A stretch of 50,115 bases of DNA from Chromera velia (Eukaryota). How positions within the stretch are numbered: position 1 is the stretch's first letter; each line of letters starts with the position of its first letter. The stretch is from NCBI GenBank assembly GCA_018398765.1, contig JAHBMJ010000319.1, forward strand, positions 1 to 50,115. Reading direction: 5' to 3'. A program made the position numbers and the translations under genes. This document shows positions 13,688 to 26,200 of the stretch, piece by piece. The notes below the pieces were generated by a model. That model made no database searches, had not been told where the DNA came from, and saw only the letters and a program-made list of their open reading frames with translations.

Positions 13688-13911
13688 TCCATGTCAAGGA
13701 AATGATCGAATTTCTGTCTTACCCTCTCTTCCACCTGCATTTTTTGGGAACTGATTATGAATCGATCAGGGGCCCTTCTCCGAGTTTGTAAAAAAACTGG
13801 TTTCTCTGTCATCGGACTTACAATTCTGGGTGTGTCTGATTCTTCACAAGCATTTATTTTTCTCTTCGATCATGTTTACAGGTGAAAACAGGAAAGGACT
13901 CCGGGAAGTGA
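6628..13911 (+). CDS. Outer dynein arm docking complex coiled-coil subunit (CCDC114/CCDC63/ODA-DC2 family), ~633 aa, 17 exons: 6628-6939, 7514-7611, 7835-7971, 8187-8359, 8668-8841, 9069-9122, 9591-9659, 9894-10058, 10539-10630, 10867-10958, 11176-11277, 11588-11663, 11929-12138, 12577-12587, 12857-12900, 13364-13426, 13882-13911
   Basis: Spliced product contains IRLMENRLEKALSKLNNTINVNNQLRSTVDQHRRE and FEEAFATIKSTTGISDIEEIVKIFVKLEERNFSLLTFVNQVNREIE, characteristic of the family. All introns are GT-AG and the exons sum to 1902 nt with consistent phases. The last four exons are less certain than the core. Confidence 0.85.
10375..10472. repeat. Imperfect (CA)n microsatellite in intron
   Basis: Direct reading of the sequence. 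Confidence 0.95.
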
Positions 13912-15233
13912 GCCAGCGGATCTATTCTTCCTGGAGCGAGAGACATGATTGACCGGAGAGGGCCAGTATGAAGCAAATCTAATGTGTACTGCTTGATCTT
14001 TCCTGTCTCAGAATGGTCTCTATTGCTGTGCCATACTGGACTCGTGGTTCGTTCAATTAACGGGTATAGCTCTTGACACAAGGACCCCTCAGGTGTACGA
14101 AAAACTTCTCGATCGGAGGTGGTTGCCTGGTCTGCCTGAAAGTGGCTCCATGAATTGAAGTGCAAGGTTTGAGTCTTTTTGATTCCTTCTCAAAGAAAGA
14201 GTCATATATTAAGACAAAAAGGCGCAACCAATCTATGTTCAAAGTTTTCAAGTACAGATTTTCAATTCCTAAGTGCCAGTGATACACTGGCAGTTAATTT
14301 TCTTTTAGTTTTTCTTTTGATTCTAATCGACTCATACATAATCCTACATATGATCTAATATGACTCACTATATCCAATATATGTTAAATGTATTCAAGTT
14401 GTTAACATTATAATTTGATGCTAAACCCGCATTGAATCTAGTTAAACTCATGTACTATAATTTAAATATGGCTTATTTCTTGGCTTATTTTTAGTTATTT
14501 AAATTATCAGTAGCTAGGTTATTCAATTCATCAGGTTTCTCATCATGAATCTATAAAAGCTCTAAGTACTGTCAGTTTGAACGTCCAACTTTTTATAGTT
14601 CGCGAGAAATCAACCTCCAAAGTTTAACCAAAATTAGTATACGTAATAATACCGTAATATATAGTTTTTTTCTAAATTACTTTAGTTTACTATTCTAAAT
14701 TACTTTAAAGTACTAACTTGAATTAAGCTAAATTCCTCAAAAATATTTATGTAAATTACTGAAACTTGCAGTACTCATTTAAATTATTTAAACTTGCAGG
14801 GCGGTTTTAGACTAGATTTTTTTTTATTCAACAATGATAATAATAATGATGATGATGATGTATGAGATTAAAGCCGGTGAGCCGTCTAGTGAGCCGTATA
14901 GATAAAATTAAATTAAATTTCAAGAAAAAACTTGCAGAACAATCCCCCAGATATTTCATCAATTTTGTTATTGCTGTATGCACAGACAGATCAACGAATA
15001 TATATATTATAGTATGTAGACAGATAGATAGCCGCACAAGAGAAGGTCTCTGACAAGGAAATCCTATTTGATGCTATGAAGGCCAATGGAGATCGAGTCC
15101 GCTGCTGTCACTTCATGCCTTTTCAATATAGATACGCAAATCTCACAGTGGAGGAAGAAGTTTACGATCATGTCAAATCCTAGTCCATCTCCGTGTACGG
15201 ACCCCCGAGGCCAGTTAAAAAGAAAAGTAATTT

Positions 15234-16190
15234 AAAGTTTGCCTGCAGTAAAAACCAATGGCATGCACCACAGAGAGATTGCTATCACATATAAGAAGTA
15301 TGCAGTACATACATCGATGTATATTGCAATTAGTTCTGAAAGTTGGCTTCTTGTAAAACAGATGCGCCAAAAACGCTTTATAAAAGGACAAAAGCCACAA
15401 AAATGAAACAAAACTAAGCTAGAAAGAAAAAATGTCAAAAAAACAGATCGACGAGGTGGCATACAGGCAGGAAGACAGGCTGGTAAGTACTCCACTGAGC
15501 AGGCAGCAAGGCAGTAAACGATACAAGAGAGACGTAAGCAGACATTCCAATTATTTCCAGAGAGGCGGGATCAGTGAGACAGGGAAGCGTAGAGACATAC
15601 CTTAGAGCAGGCTGAGCCGCTACTGATGACTCTGGAACTGGATGGGTGTCTGGCAAGGTCGGAGACGCTCCTCCAGATGGCAGTCTCGATGTCCTCAACG
15701 ACCTTTCTCCGAAGTTTCCGCGTGTGTTTGCATTTATTAAAGAAAAAACTCTCAATCCAGATCAGTGTATGACTCTAGTGGGCAAGAGCCTGAAGTTTGC
15801 CTGCAACAAAAACCAGTGGCATGCACTATGGAGATATCACAATCACACATCAGAATTATGTACATCACAGTTAGTTTTCAAATTTGCTTCTTATAAAACA
15901 GATAGTATTGCTCCCAATGAAAGACTTTCTACAATGGGACAAACGTTAAAAACATTCAAAAACGTGAAACGAAACTAGTAATTTTGAAAAAAAAAAGTCA
16001 AAAAGGCAGACAGTCTGAGTAAGGGGTCGATCAACGAAGGCAGCATGCAGGCAAGAAGACAGGCCGGTAAGTACTCCACTGAGCTGATGGGAGGGCAATG
16101 AATGATACAAGAGAGACGCGAGCAGACATTCCAGTTATTCCTAGAGAGGCGAGAAAACGCAAAGGCAATGAGGCATACCTTGGAGCAGCC
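15234..16190. repeat. Degenerate direct duplication (~380-400 bp; copies ~15234-15610 and ~15792-16190), probable decayed gene or TE
   Basis: Shared blocks AAGTTTGCCTGCA..AAAAACCA.TGGCATGCAC, GGTAAGTACTCCACTGAGC and GATACAAGAGAGACG..AGCAGACATTCCA occur in the same order in both copies. Confidence 0.8.
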
Positions 16191-19100
16191 GCTCTTTTGC
16201 AGAATGGCTACTTTGTATGACTGAAGACAGAATAGTTGCTCTTTTGCCTGTCCGCCGGCCTTTCTGCCTACTCATTGCAAGGCCTGAAAGGACTAGATTG
16301 ACTGCTTGACTCACCATCGATGACATCGCAACGATGTCTTGCCTGTTCCCACACCCGTATAGTCATGGTTCACTAGGGCCTTCTCCCAGAATAGATCTAT
16401 ATGCATTTTAGTTTGTACCCCTACTGTACTCAAGATAAGAGAAAAAAGCAGGAAGCAATATCACGAAAATGCATATTTTTAACATAAGGTGACTTGGCCC
16501 ATTTGATTCCCCTTTCTAATTTCTATATACGTTGTTTTGAATTTACGTTTAGAAGAGGACTTTTTGGAAAAGTCTAAGTAAATACCACGACTGAGCGATT
16601 ATTCTTTTACGCACAGGTTCTGCAAATTTCAAGGAATGCTTTGTCAATTCAGTCTTCCGCGGATGCAGAAGAAAAGGTTGCAAAAGCTTCCTCGCGTCTG
16701 TCCAAATTGTAATACATGTGTACAACCAATAAAAAATAACAGCAAGACCAACAGTATTAAGGTAAATTTTGGGCTGCAATAGAACTAGGCTCACGGCGGC
16801 TGCTGTTGCTCTGCAGCCCCCCGATTGAGAGAGGCTAAGTAGTTAACTCAACGCCTCTTCCATCAGTTTCCCCCCCTCCCTTTGTATCCTTTTGCCCCTG
16901 TATGAATCCCTAGCCTGAATCCCTGATAGTGCCTGATAGGCGCTCAAAAGACTGCAGAAGAAGAAAATTAATAATTTTTATTATCTTTTCTATGAGTTAC
17001 AGCGGGAAGCCTTGTGCTTTCTGGGAGATGGGTGATGGCATGTAAAGAAAAAAAATATTGGTGGTCTTTTAAAAGATGCTGTAATCTTGTAATCCGTAAT
17101 CAGTTGTAAGAGACATACCATAAAAAGGGGGTATATAATTATTTTTTCCCGTAATCACACTTAATTTCACCCGATTGAAGCTTTTTAAGATGAACCACGT
17201 TCCTTTAGCCTGAAATGTTTATGTAATCTATGTTTTTATTATATGTTTTATATGATCTTACCTATAAAATCTTAGTCGTAATTGAAATAGTTGAATACCT
17301 TAGTTCCCAAGCACGCAAGGGCATGTGGAGACAAAAGATACGACTTTATCCCATGCACTAGTGAGCCTGGTCGATGGCACACTCTACAAACAAGCCAACA
17401 CATTCTTGTGCAGGCTGGCACTAAGGCTGGCGGGCCAGCTGGCGGGACTTTTCAGTACATGAGAAGTGGGGGCAGGGGTATAGGTGTTGTATGCCACAGG
17501 GGCCACACACTGCGCATCGACGCCATACAAGGCCGACCCACATTCAACCCATGCACTAGCCTGCACGACATAGCCCACAAAAGTTGTAGGCATGCGCGTT
17601 GTCACCATATTAACCATTCCGGTTCCTCATTAACACTGATCGATCTCTTTTTCCGGCCTGCATCTCCACTTATGGGAGCTCTGCAGTTAGTCAGATGATG
17701 AGTAAGTGTGGAGTCCTACCCTGTGGCGCCGCTCTCTGGACCCTCGCATGCGCTATATCTGAATGAGCCCGCGTGCCGACGCCAGGCTCCGCCGCCGCGC
17801 TTTATTTTGTACGTGTCGTGCGCGTCGATCAAAATTGTTAAAATCGATCGAGTCTGACCTTCGTATTCAAGCATGCAACATGTTACTTAAGCAACGGATA
17901 GTATCGTTTGAGTCTGATGTCTGTTTACCATAGATCAAGAGAAATTGAGAGTCTGAGAGAGAAGAATGAGTAGAAACTGTGCATGATAGAATGCATCCAG
18001 CTGATTAGAATCCCACTGGGAGATCACGTTAGCGCTTAAACTAATATAGAGCCAAACCTCTTGTAAAGTGTTGCTTGAGTGAGTGTTGCTCACGTTCCTT
18101 CTCTAGATCTTCCCTAAGGTTCTTGTCCTCGCTTTATCTTCTGTCTGGACGCCATAAGGTGGCCGGACAGGGGAGACAAAGCATAAGACAAGATAATGTG
18201 AGACCAAAAAGTTTCTGCTATGCAGGAAGGGAGTTGCAGCCAGGCCCTGAGCCAGCGCTTATGATGCAAGCCCTGGCCAGACCTTTATTCCTATACCTTC
18301 ACTTCATTCTATGTCTCTACGCTAGCCACCGATGTCTGCACACTTTGTCGTATTCAGAAAATCTTAGAACACGACAATAGGAAGATCTGACATGCCTGCC
18401 AATGGTCTGTGGCGGTCTGTAGCCAAATCCGAGTTCAACTCTAAGTTGCCTACCTACGGGTAGCAAGTACATGCATTAGAGGCACGCGAGGCCACTTCGG
18501 TGAAGGAAAAAAGAGGGGGGAATTCAGATAAATTCAGTAGTGCACTCATCCTCATAGAGGACTGAACTATAAAAGACTAATCGGGAGGAAGGAAGAACGA
18601 AAAGTAGTGGACAGCTGAGGACGAAAATACTGGAAACAATCCAAAAATTAAACTGGAGGGCAGGCATCCAGTCAAGAGTGGACATCTCACGCAAATCATT
18701 CAGAGAAAAGACAAAAATGGAACCCAACATTACTTTCTCAACACAACCCACCCCAGAGGCCCTCTCATGAGAAAAATCTAAACGGCATTCGCGTCGGTAA
18801 GTAATTATCAAAGGACGTACACAGGATCTTTTCCTTGGAGTCTCAAATCAAGCAGTAAGTATGCAGGGCAGCACTTGGATCAAGTCCCCATACGCCCCCC
18901 TTTGACTTCCCGTTCTGTCACAGAAAAGGCACTTGATAAATCACTCAGCTTTCTCGCACACAGGCACTCCCCCCAAAATGCAAACATATGCACACAATCC
19001 AAAAGACCGATGAAAACAACCACACATGGGTATACAAGTAAGTACATCTTGAATAGACACACGCGTACATGACGTACAGACGTTCAGATGGACAGACAGA

Positions 19101-20759
19101 AGAAAGAGGCAGAATAAAAGAGATTGAGGGGAGCAGCAAGAACGGAGAGAGGGAAGAAAGAAAAGGAACAAAAGGAGTGAGACGGACGGAAGTGAGGAAG
19201 ACTGAGTGCCTGAAACTTTGAATGAATTGCAAGAAGGAGGGCGCGAAGGAGTCACAAGGAAGTAAGAGTGCGCCTGTGCAAGAGAGCGAGACAGAGAGAG
19301 ATCTGTCGCCCCTTCGTTTATTCACTTTGTTCGTTTTTGTTTCCCGTTTACTTGCAGTTTTCTCTTTCTTTTGGTTTTCCTCGTCTGAAGCCCCGGCACA
19401 TTGAATTCGTTTCTGCCGTGTGCAGTCTGAAGTGGTTTCTTCTGTTTTTTTTTGGGGGGGGGGGGGGGTTTACGAGAACTGCCGTCGCTTCGGACTCTTT
19501 CTCTTTTGTTTGGAGGCAGCGATTTTGTTTTGCTTCAATATGCCTTCCCTTTATTTTGTGTTTGCTTCTTTTCTTCGTTTTCTTTTAATTTTTTGTTTTG
19601 TTGGAAGCGCCCAAGGTCCATCGAGGGGAGTTCCCTGAGCGGAGCAGCCAGAGGAAGGGGGTTCCGTTGTGTTTGGTGACCCAGAACAGAGAAGGGGAAA
19701 TGATAAGGGGGGAAAGATACATGACAGCCGCAGCCTGAGACTACAGAGAGAAGCAGACCTGCCCTCTCCTTTCCAAGTCTATAGTAGAAATACGTTACTG
19801 CTATAGCTTTTGTGAGTCCGATCGAAGGCGTAGTGGGGCGCGATGACGTTGAAATGAAGGCGGACCTTTTACTTTTTCACCAACTCGAAGGGAGTCTCTC
19901 GGGTCTCATAGACAAACGGGCAGCCAGGTTATGTTTAACAGATGAGGTTGCGGCTTTCTAACTTAATTCAGAGGTAAAAGTTGAAGCTACTAAGCGTTAA
20001 ATGCAGTTCAGTCTATGAGTCAACGACGATGGTGACAAAACAAAATTCTTAAAAAAATATTTTAAAAACTCTTGAGGCAGTTACCGAGAAGAACAGTTGT
20101 TACTTGATTGCGATCTGGGAAACCAGGCGGGCTCCGGGGTGTGGTCTGAGCCTTAGAAGTGAAGCACACCCCTAGGCACACACCTCTATCATTTGCGGAG
20201 GCGACCTCTATAAGCTAGACAAAACGGCGACAGTTCTCTGAGGTACTACTAAATCACTTGTCACTTACTAGATCACTGATCACTTAAATCAAACTTTGAG
20301 CCTTTCTATAGTTTATTAGTTACTAGTAATATAATTTTTAGTCCCAGACTCCTAGTGTTAGTTGGCTTTCCATGGTTGGAAATGTTCTATTCGCTGTATG
20401 GCTTAGTATATAACTACCTGCTAAACTTATTGTTGGTAGTAGTGTCAGTGCTTAGTGCCTGACCACAACGCTCAGCGTTCGGGCAAGAGCCTAGTTAATC
20501 CTCCAGGTATAAGATCTATAGCCTATTCTATCATATCAATCAATCTAGCTCTATATATTACTATAATATTAGCAGGTTTATATCATATAAATTGCCAGTA
20601 AATATAATATAAATAAAAAATTAAAAACATATATAAATTAAAAACCTAAATAAAATCTATTAGTTAAAAACATATTTCCTGGCACAGTTAGAAAGAATAT
20701 GACATAATCTAATAAATTATAAATCTATAAAAAATATAATTCACTAGAATACTATAGTA

Positions 20760-21780
20760 TTATACTACTAGATATGTAAGACTTCTACGAGCAGTAAGCC
20801 TAGCATGGATCTGAAACGAAGTGTAGGGAGAACTCAGTGCAGCACTGAATGCTTGTGCCCTCTTATAGCTAAGCCTGCTGAGGTCTACTTTCATATTCCC
20901 GAGAGAAGGGATATTTCTATTTCTCACGAGTGCCGCGAACTGATCCTCTACTATAACACCCGTCTTGCTGAAGGCCCTTCTGCGGGGGTAACACAGGCTA
21001 CACAGGGCCGGCAGGCATCCGGAACCTCTGGACATGCCCTTAAGAAAGGCCGAAAACCAAATTTGAATCAGTCTAAGACATAAACATGTACAAGTCAGTC
21101 TGTAAAGAGAGAGACTACAGAGATTCAAGAGACGCCTCTGCGTGTGTGAACGCTTCTCCAAACGATTCCTATTCTGCATCATTGACCGCTCCATCGTCTG
21201 GACGGAGTATAAGTCTGCACAACCCCGACAACTTCCCTTTCTGAATAACTTGCGCTAGTCCATTCACTCCCGCTTTTACGTTACGACCCTCCCCCGCAAT
21301 TAATTTCATCTCCAGCTTTATTGGAGGGCCCACCCTTCCTTGGAAGAAACCCTCACAAAGAGGCACAAGACTCTTATTCATGCTCCAACATAGCTTCGCA
21401 CTGCAGAGGGAAGGCACCGTGTTGGTGCTCAAAACTTCTCCTAATGCTACACATCCCTCCATCATTTCTCCCCCCCCCTTCTCATGAGTCGTCACTTGCC
21501 AATCTGAGAGAGAGATCTCTGAGACACGAGAAACGCCCCCCACTCTTACTGTCTTTACTCCCTCTGCACAGCCCGAATCTCCTTGTGGGCAGAATGCTTC
21601 AAAAGAAGACGAGACCGTTCGGCCTCTACAGAGGAGTTCATGAGGACACCTCTTCTTCGGAGATCATTCTTAAGTACGCATCTATCCTCTTCCGCATAAG
21701 GGAAAAGGGCCCCCTTGATGGCCTCAAACTCTTTGTTAGACTCATCAGAAAAGCCGCATCAGAAAAGCCCACCGCAACTG
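20760..21780 (-). pseudogene. Decayed leucine-rich-repeat (RI/NLR-like LRR) gene
   Basis: Recurring units GCVALGEVLSTNTVPSLCSAKL, GVNGLAQVIQKGKLSGLCRLIL, FGEAFTHAEASLESL*SLSL, FLKGMSRGSGCLPALCSL and FAALVRNRNIPSL. Interrupted by in-frame TAG at 21169-21171, 21115-21117 and 21073-21075 and by frameshifts. Confidence 0.65.
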
Positions 21781-22179
21781 AATCTGCACACATCAATCCG
21801 TCCGTCCATTTATACATTCAAAAAAACATATCAACCAATCGGTGAACACGAGAGCAAAAAGACAAAAAGAGAAGAAGGAACGGAAAGAAAAAAAACGTGC
21901 TTGATGAAATCTGAATCTCTCTCTTCATTTTATGGAAGGAAAAGAATTAAGCAAGCAGGCAAAACAAGCATATCCAGTATGGAAAGAAAGTCTTAGATGT
22001 GTGGAGGACCCAATGGAAGGACGTAGCCGCTTTTTACTCACCAAATCCGAGTGGAAACAGTACGCTAAACGAGATGAAACAGTGTCCACAATAACTCAGA
22101 GGGACCGGACAAGAGACAACAAATAAACGAGATCGATTGAGAGAAACAAGCACCAACTGACCTCTCGAGGAGAAAGACG

Positions 22180-25100
22180 CACACCCTCAGCCCTTTTACA
22201 CCTTAACACTGCACAGAGAACAGTCCCCGAATGGATTTTATAGTTCTGCACATACGTTTTGTACTCCCCAAACTCCACTCTCCCTCTCTTGAGCAGGCAC
22301 TTCTTCTGCCTGTATAGCCACACCTAGAGCCACGCACGCGCCTTAGCCTCAAGAGGCATCAGGTAACCCCTGAATCGTTTATGAGACTCAAAACGCTGAA
22401 GGCACACATGGGCAGGAGTCCCTCCCCCCAGTTTCTATGCCCATACCACATGCCATGCGCCTCCTCTGACAAGAGGCGGGGGTGCACTGAATCGCAAAGG
22501 GTGGAGGGGGAGAGGAAAAGTCTTTAGGTCAAGCAATTCAAGATATGTCTCTTTCTCTTTCTCCTTCTCCTCTTTTCCCAGGTCTACCTATATCGAGAGT
22601 TTCCCTTCTCGGAGTCTTTCTACATTCATTACGGTGCAGAGGTTCAAGTTAGGATCAAGTTGGGGTACAGAGTCAGGAAAGTCGGGTAACCATTCTGCCT
22701 GTGCAAGGGCGAGTGGGTTCTCTGTCTCGTCACTAGTCTCATCAATCAGACCAAATAATAGAGCGCTTGGTCGCCACTCCGGTTTGGCTCTGGTTTTGTC
22801 CTTCACGGCCGCTTCTCTGAGCACTTCCTCAATTGAGAATGGGCTGTCTCGAGGCGATGGGCTGGGGGGCTGGGCAGCTGCTCTGGCAGGCTGAGGCAGG
22901 GTCCGTAGGGACTACACCTTGGATGCTGCAGGCAGGTAGGATCAGGCAGGCATGTGTGAGGTATATTGATATGCATTGGAACGGTACAGAAGTTTCAAAC
23001 ATATTCAACGTGGTTATACACCGACCGAGAGACGGAAGTCACCTGACACACATCTAACAGAGTACGACAATATCACATACACATGGATCTGTTTCCCTTT
23101 CCCCCAGAAATCAATTCATCCTGAGTCAGACTCACCGGAATATGTTCTTAGACAGAAAGAAGCCGGCGAAGGGAACCTTTCCTCCCCAGAGCTCCTCCCC
23201 CCATCCCTTCTCACCGGAACACTTTGTCCCCTCCACTTTTTGCCCACCACACAGAAGGACTGTCCCCTATCTGATAGGTTAAGTGCCTTTCCTCGTACCT
23301 CTACCCTCTGCTGGAGATAAAGAAGGGAAACCTAGAGAGAAACGTATGGGCCGTATTCGTTGAACTTGTCTGTCCACAGCTTCCACTTTCCGCCCACCCC
23401 TCCCATCAGAGGCTGTGGAGGAGTCGACAGGGAAACTTCCATCATAGAGGGCAAATGGCCCTTGAAGCCCCCGAGGGCAAGGGCAGAGGGGCCCACCCCC
23501 CTGTCCACCGCCAACTCTGCCTTTTCCGTCCCTGGCTTGAACGAAGTCTCCCATGGGACTGGGTCTTTCTTTCCCTCCACAATCTTGATCCCCCCCTCCT
23601 TTGAAGAGTCAATGCGCATCTGCCAGCACCATAGGACTTTTCTGATTTCCCTGTGAAGACGAATCTGCTTCCCCTTTTCATCCCATGTACAGTTGTCAAA
23701 ACGTAAAATGTTACAACTCAAATGAAAGAAATCGTAGTGCACAAAACGATCGGTCGCAGGGAGATACGGAGAGTTAAAGGAAGTTTGAGGCACGCAGACA
23801 GCAGAAAGATGAACGGAAACTCTGCCTCCCTCTTTCTTTTATGGAGCAACGGTACTTTCATGTGTCTCGCTAACCGCTACATCCACTTCCTGTTGGTATG
23901 CCTCACCAATCTTCTCTTCCTTACCATTAACCATCACCTCAGTGCTGCGTTGCACAACCACCCCCCTGGTAAGGGAAGCTGAGGGGGCCAACTCGGCACC
24001 CTTCTCCCCAGGGGGCACTGCCTGAAGAGGGCGTGTGGGTGACTTTGGAGAAGCAGATCTGAGGAGGGTGCAGTCTGACTCTGCAGCAATAGTCAGAGGA
24101 GGACAGCGATATGTCCCACAGTCACGGCAGAGGACTAAGGGGCGGGGCGGAGAGACGCCCTCTCCAGGGATCAGTTCTCACACACTCTGCTGCTTTTCTT
24201 GTTTTCCTCTCACCGTTTTCTTGTCATTTTCGATGCGGTCATCGCTCACGAACGGAGACGGGTGATACAAATATGAGATGGGCATGCTGCCGCAGTCACT
24301 GTGGCTTTTGACAGCAAAACGGTCCTTTGGAATACACAAATGATTCATTTTGTTTCACTCAAATCATATACAAGTTTTGGTTGTCTGACTTGAAGAGCCG
24401 AAGTCCCCTGCTGGAATGGCTGCTGCGACTGCTGTAGCTGCTGCAGCTGAGGCCTCCCTCGTTTCCCTCTGACCCCTCACCTTGTCACTGAAATGCCCTA
24501 CCCCTAGCCTTGCAAAGGGAAAGGAAAAAGTCCCCCAGAAATCTCAGTGCAAAACTAGATGAAATTCAAAAAGGTCTTTGTTTCCCCCCCCAGCACCTCA
24601 GTTGTCTCAGTCAGATCAAGAGGACCGAGAATTTTTTCCATGAGGTCTGATATCACTTGATACCATCTCTCTCAGAGCTTCTGTTTGTCGCTGCATGAGC
24701 TCTTCGTACGTCTCCTTCCCTCATCTTCCCTTCTTCTCCGACAGTAATGCACTCAAACTTTTCCCACGCTTGAGCCGTGCTGCCTCAGTCAAAGATCTTC
24801 CTTCTTTCACCTCTGTTCCCCCCCGATCCCCTCCCTTGTTTCCCCCCCTATCGTTAGCCGCCTACCGCTTCGAGTTTGAGATCCACTCTCTCTCGAGGGC
24901 CTGCCTGCTGTACAGAAACAGACGGCAGAAACGCTTGGCAACGTGAAGCTTCTCGTCAGGTATTTTGTCCCATTACAAGGCCAGACTGAGTCACTCTCAC
25001 TACCTGCATCCTTGTTCGCGTGCTCATGCTTGTGCTGCTGCTGTTCTATGACTGCTTCCTCATCCTAATTTGGAGTGGGGAGACAGAGGGGAACTATGGG

Positions 25101-26200
25101 AGGGGCAGAGGGGTGGGTGGATAGACGGGGAGTGAGGGACTCAGGGGAGGGGGGTAGAGGGCCTGGGCCAGCTCAGCCTAAGGACGAAGAAAGAAACGCA
25201 TCAAATTAGGAGGCTTGCTTCTGTTTCTCTTTTGTCTCCGGGGGTAGAGGGCCTGGGCCAGTTGAGAATAAAGAAAGAGATGTATCAAATTGGGAGGCTT
25301 GCTTCTGTTTCTCTTTTGTCTCGGGGGGTAGAGGGCCTGGGCCAGCTGAAGATGAAGAAAGAGACGCATCAAATTGGGATATTTGCTTCTGTTTCTCTTT
25401 TGTCTCCAGGGGTAGAGGACCTGGGCCACCTGAAGACGAAAAAAGAGACACATCAAATTGGGAGACTTGCTTCTGTTTCTCTTTTCTCTCCTTAGTTGTG
25501 ATGGCCCCTGCACATGCTGCTTCCACAGGTTCTTTGGCTCCTTGTAGAGCCTGTTGGCTCTCACCGTTTCCTGCAAACAGTAATAAGACATGCACAGATC
25601 GAAGGGCTTGCAATGGGGTCTGAAGGTAAGGATTGTTGTTACAGTAGGTAACATCCATGAAGGCACATACCTAGAACAAACTAAAACCAAACTAAAATCA
25701 GGCGAGCAGCGAAGGGAGTTGGCAGAAGCTTGCCTGACCGTGGTTACCGTTTGAGTGGGATCTGGATGAGTAAGAATAGAAGACGGATGTTGTTTCAAGA
25801 ATCTGTCATAACCATGTCCCGTCTCCCTTCGCTTTACCTCAATCAGCTCTGGAAGAAGAACGTCATGACGGAATTAATGATGATCGTTCAAATCAAGTTG
25901 TTCCTCCCCAAGTCGGCCCCCTCAATTCCTTCTAAGGCATCGATTCTTCAATGGCATCTCAAGACCGGGCCTGCATGAGGTACTCCTCTAACGCGAACTG
26001 TTGCTCCTGCCTGCAGGAAAGGGTGTTGCACGCCGATACACAAAAGGAGCCTTTGATCTTCTGGTCCGTCAATAAATTAAGAAGCCGTCACTCAAAGCTT
26101 CATTGTTGTAAATACCTGTGCTTACACACCCTAGCTGTAGTGCTTCTATGTGGGATCAACAAAAAAAGAGACTGCACTCCTGATTCTGGCTTAAGTTGAT
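22180..26200 (-). pseudogene. Decayed multi-exon gene(s) of unknown family
   Basis: Coding-like minus-strand segments (e.g. 22588-22824, 23332-23793, 24660-24910, 25140-25575) with splice-like boundaries, broken by TAG/TAA stops. No recognisable domain. Confidence 0.4.
25150..25490 (-). repeat. 84-bp minisatellite, ~4 units, encoding a 28-aa repeat (ETKEKQKQxSQFDxSLxSSSxGPGPLPP)
   Basis: GTAGAGG.CCTGGGCCA recurs at 25154, 25244, 25328 and 25412 (spacing 90, 84, 84, all multiples of 3). Confidence 0.9.

Noticed and set aside
17080..17285. Repeated GTAATC motifs as possible transposon subterminal repeats
   Set aside because: No matching terminal inverted repeat or TSD could be identified.
21073..21171. 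TAG reassigned to Gln (ciliate-like genetic code)
   Set aside because: The intact genes here contain no in-frame TAG/TAA and some end in TAG or TAA. The LRR relic also has frameshifts.
25150..25490. Regularly spaced repeats as a possible CRISPR array
   Set aside because: Whole units are repeated with no unique spacers, the context is eukaryotic, and no cas genes are present.
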